Shown here: positions 61,201 through 64,000 of the stretch, in pieces
Layout of the letters: every line of letters starts with the position of its first letter
How positions within the stretch are numbered: the stretch's first letter is position 1
Assembly (NCBI GenBank): GCA_964035545.1
Contig: OZ037766.1
Location: forward strand, 16,606,722 to 16,670,721
Source of the DNA: Bugula neritina
Taxonomy: Eukaryota; Animalia; Bryozoa
DNA length: 64,000 bases
Direction of reading: 5' to 3'
Translations under genes and position numbers: made by a program
The notes under the pieces: model-generated
Told to the model about the DNA's origin: nothing
The model's input: only the letters and a program-made list of their open reading frames with translations
Databases searched by the model: none

Positions 61201-63510
61201 TCAGTCTCAGTCCTGTCTGTCGAGCACGTTTGAAGAGCGCTTCAAGGTTTCTATCATGCTCTTTCCTTGTGCTTCCAAAAATTAGGATGTCATCTGCAAC
61301 TATGGTGATGCCATCAAGACCAGCAAGATTTTCCGTGAGCCTTCTCTGAAACTCCTCCGGCGCTGATGCAATTCCAAAGGGTAGCCTTAGGTACTTGTAC
61401 TTTCCTATGGGAGTCCAGAAAGTTGTCAAGTCTGTAGATTCCTCAGCTAGGGGAATTTGATAGAAACCTTCTTTGGCGTCACACAAGGAGAAAAACTTGG
61501 CACCGTTGAGTTGTGGCAAAACATCTTCCAATGTTGGCATGACAGCGTGGTTTCGTTTAATTGCTTGATTGAGATTTTGCGGATCTATGCAGATGCGTAT
61601 CTTTCCATTAGGCTTGCGCACTGGTTGTAGATGGCTTATCCAGTCTGTAGGTGCTTCTACCTTAGCGATAATTTGACGTTGTTCTAGTTCAAGAATAGTC
61701 TTGATGAGATCTGATTTCATCGACAAGGGCACCTTCCGCGGTCGGACTTGCACTGGTACAGCTTCAGGTCTTAGCTCTATCCTATATTCCTGTTCAAACT
61801 TTCCAAGTCCGGTAAATATGTCATCAAAGTTAGTCAGTAAAGTCTGAAGGTCTGGGTCAGTAGTGGCAAAGTTTACATTCTCGCTTTTGGTGCTGGGCAT
61901 TTGTAATAAATCCAGGTGCAAACATGATTTCCATGACAGCAAGCTATGTTGGGTGGTTTCCACAACTAGGAATTTTAATGTAGTGTAACATCCTTGCTTG
62001 TTTAGTATCTGTATCCGTGTCCACCCTAGTGGTGCACACTTGCTCTGGTCATACAAAGTTAGTACAGTATCAGTCGGTGTAAGTTTCGGTCTACCTAGCT
62101 TGTCGTAGTCGATCGTATTCAAAGTATTGCATGATGCACCAGTGTCAAGTTGGAATTCAATGTCATAAATAGTATCTGCTTGCTTAGCAGTGAGCATCGC
62201 TAATAATTTACGATCTCGTACAGTAGTGGAGATAGTACTTACATGTTGAGAGTCACTGTCTGAAGAGTAATTCCAGGTGACTTGATTGGCTGTTTCGGTT
62301 GAGTCGCGATAATGATGCATGCGTGACCTGCAGTATGCAGCAAAGTGGTTAAATTTCTTGCAATGATTGCACTGTTTCCCATATGCTGGGCATGCTCGAG
62401 GTGGGTGATTGCCTCCACAGTTTCCACACCTAGAAGCACCAACTGATTTTCTGACGTTGGGCTGAGAGTGAGTGTGTGAAAGTTGTCCTCTGTGTTTATC
62501 AGTGTTACGAGTGTCATTAGAGTGATATTGATGAGTCGGAGGTCTATGTTTTACCAAGTTCACTTGTTCGAGTCCATATGTGTTATCCTTAGTCATAGTC
62601 TTGTAGTCAATAGCCGATGCTTCTTCTCGTCTGCAGAGTTCAATTGCTTTGTCAAAGTCAGTCAAGTCAAACAGTTTCTTTCTAATCTTGTCACTTTCAA
62701 TTCCCAGTATCAGTGCCTGTAGTATCAGTCGGTTGTACATGTCTTTTAAGTCACATAGTCCTGCAATGGTATGTAGTTCAGTCAAAAATTCGTCAATAGT
62801 TCTATTTCCTTGCTTACAAGTCAGTAGTGAGTGAGTCTTAGCCACTAAGTTTATTCTTGGTTTGCAGTAGTCATCAAACTGCGTCACAACTTTGTCATAG
62901 TCAGTTTTGTCATTGTTGTCAGTCCAGTTGAAAGAGTCGTATATTTGGTTGCCTCGGCGACCGATAGTTCTAAGTAGGTATGCAGTTTTCACTTTGCCTT
63001 CGGCTGTATCTTTCGATGTGGCCGTTAAAAAAAAGTTCGAAGTCACGTTTAAAAATCTTCCATTCCTCAGGTAAATTCGGTCCATCTGCTAATGGTTTTG
63101 GCGCTAGTAATTGCTCCATGTTATTTCAGTGTAATATTAATAATAATTAGACTCGGGGCACCATGTTTTATGTTGATTTGTGATATTATTTCAGCTATCG
63201 TGAAAAGACAGAACGTGCTCGAGTTAGTTGATAAACGTAAGAGGCCGAAGCCGTGATTTATTACCACAATATATATACACGAAAATACTAAAACTATTAC
63301 AATAAGTGATACAATTAATTATTAAGATTATGACAAAAAATAGTAAAATAATAAAATAACAAATTAGAAATAAATGTTTACATGAACACCGAACAATATG
63401 TATTTTAGTTAAGTTATATTGATGTGTATGAAATGATTGGAGAAAGTGTACCGGTATAAGAACCGATGGCCTGCCCATAGATCCACTATGTAATCTCCAC
63501 AATTTGTATG
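58298..63510 (-). CDS. Possible last three exons of an unidentified gene entering from the right
   Basis: Candidate exons 63452-63510, 58433-58527 and 58298-58319 splice in phase to YKLWRLHSGSMGRPSVLIPIDAPRLNDQIPVRRPQIFQGSLVEILQFNDPKSTWFQL*. No homology recognised. Confidence 0.35.
58895..63395 (-). mobile_element. Very recent full-length Ty3/Gypsy (Mag-like) LTR retrotransposon
   Basis: 232-bp LTRs at 58895-59126 and 63164-63395, identical by eye, with TG..CA ends. TSD ATATG at 58890-58894 and 63396-63400. PBS TGGTGCCCCG (63163-63154, minus) matches the elongator tRNA-Met 3' end. Short purine tract GGGAGA before the 3' LTR. Confidence 0.97.
59168..63119 (-). CDS. Gypsy single-ORF Gag-Pol; likely true start ATG 63119 with a +1 frameshift in a T8 run
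   Basis: Two CCHC-type knuckles (CGNCGGNH..C, CNHCKKFNH..C), protease LDTGA, RT VADD, RNase H TDAS and integrase H-H-C-C plus D,D(35)E (GIDLF, TDNG, AESAV). The Gag-like N-terminus MEQLLAPKP...EEWKIFKRDFELF lies in a different frame. Confidence 0.93.
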
Positions 63511-64000
63511 CTAATAAAGTCTTGCTTTGCTATTTATGAAACAATTACCTAATTAAATTATCATCAAAATACATTGTCTTTATTACTTTAATGGGAGTGA
63601 GTGATTTAAAATTTTTTTCTAAAAATTCAACTTCCCCTTATATGATCATAAAATCAAAGCTGCTGAGGTTTTCGCTAAACATTTTGGGCCTTTGACAGAG
63701 TTGAAAGCACCTTTTGATTTCTTCTAATTAAGCACTGCAATTGCAACAAACTGGCATTTGGCAGAGATACTTATTAGGCTTATGTAATGTCATTTAAACA
63801 ATTCATTTGTCACAATCAGAGTTATTATTCCAGAAACCTAGAATGTTGAGTCACGTGATCTACTCTAGTGCATGTGCGATCACATGATTCAAGTGATAAT
63901 TTGCATAACATAAAAATCGTTTGGTGTAGCACCCCAAGTTTGGAGTCCCCGAGTTCAGTAATTGGAGGTCTCGAGTTTGTGTTGGGATTCAGCGTTCGGA

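Noticed and set aside
59240-62834. Plus-strand ORFs inside the Gypsy element, and minus-strand ORFs inside the BEL and LINE elements
   Set aside because: Antisense shadows of the real retroelement ORFs.
63027-63034. HIV-like U UUU UUA -1 ribosomal frameshift site
   Set aside because: The shift needed is +1; a -1 slip reads straight into TAA.
63846-63892. Imperfect hairpin containing GTCACGTGA (E-box/CLEAR-like)
   Set aside because: Short, a single instance near the window edge, and without context to support a function.

Overview
This is AT-rich, intron-rich animal (invertebrate-like) nuclear DNA, not prokaryotic. Four spliced host genes can be rebuilt by hand from GT-AG boundaries with consistent phases: PSMC3IP/HOP2 (minus, last exon outside the window), GRHPR (plus), a TESK/Cdi-family kinase (minus), and a ~1677-aa protein with four U1/matrin-type zinc fingers and an RS domain (plus). 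A fifth gene's 3' end may lie on the minus strand at 58.3-63.5 kb. Transposons cluster in the two head-to-head regions: a decayed BEL/Pao LTR element nested in a deleted Gypsy element, a near-intact CR1/L2-type LINE with a PHD-finger ORF1, three partial LINEs, two MITEs and a SINE. A very young Mag-type Gypsy element with identical LTRs and a 5-bp TSD sits at the right end. Top finding: the BEL/Pao element has no tRNA-type primer-binding site. Both of its LTRs carry a GT-AG intron, and the exon-exon junction (AAATAA|TCTTGAC) is a perfect 13-nt complement of the bases immediately after the 5' LTR, inside a clean three-way RNA junction. This suggests splicing-dependent self-priming of reverse transcription. 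Also notable: a 48-bp target duplication around that element, A-S-T-N-A-T hexamer lattices near gene 5' ends, and signals for dual mitochondrial/cytosolic GRHPR isoforms. All calls are from manual reading; no searches were run.
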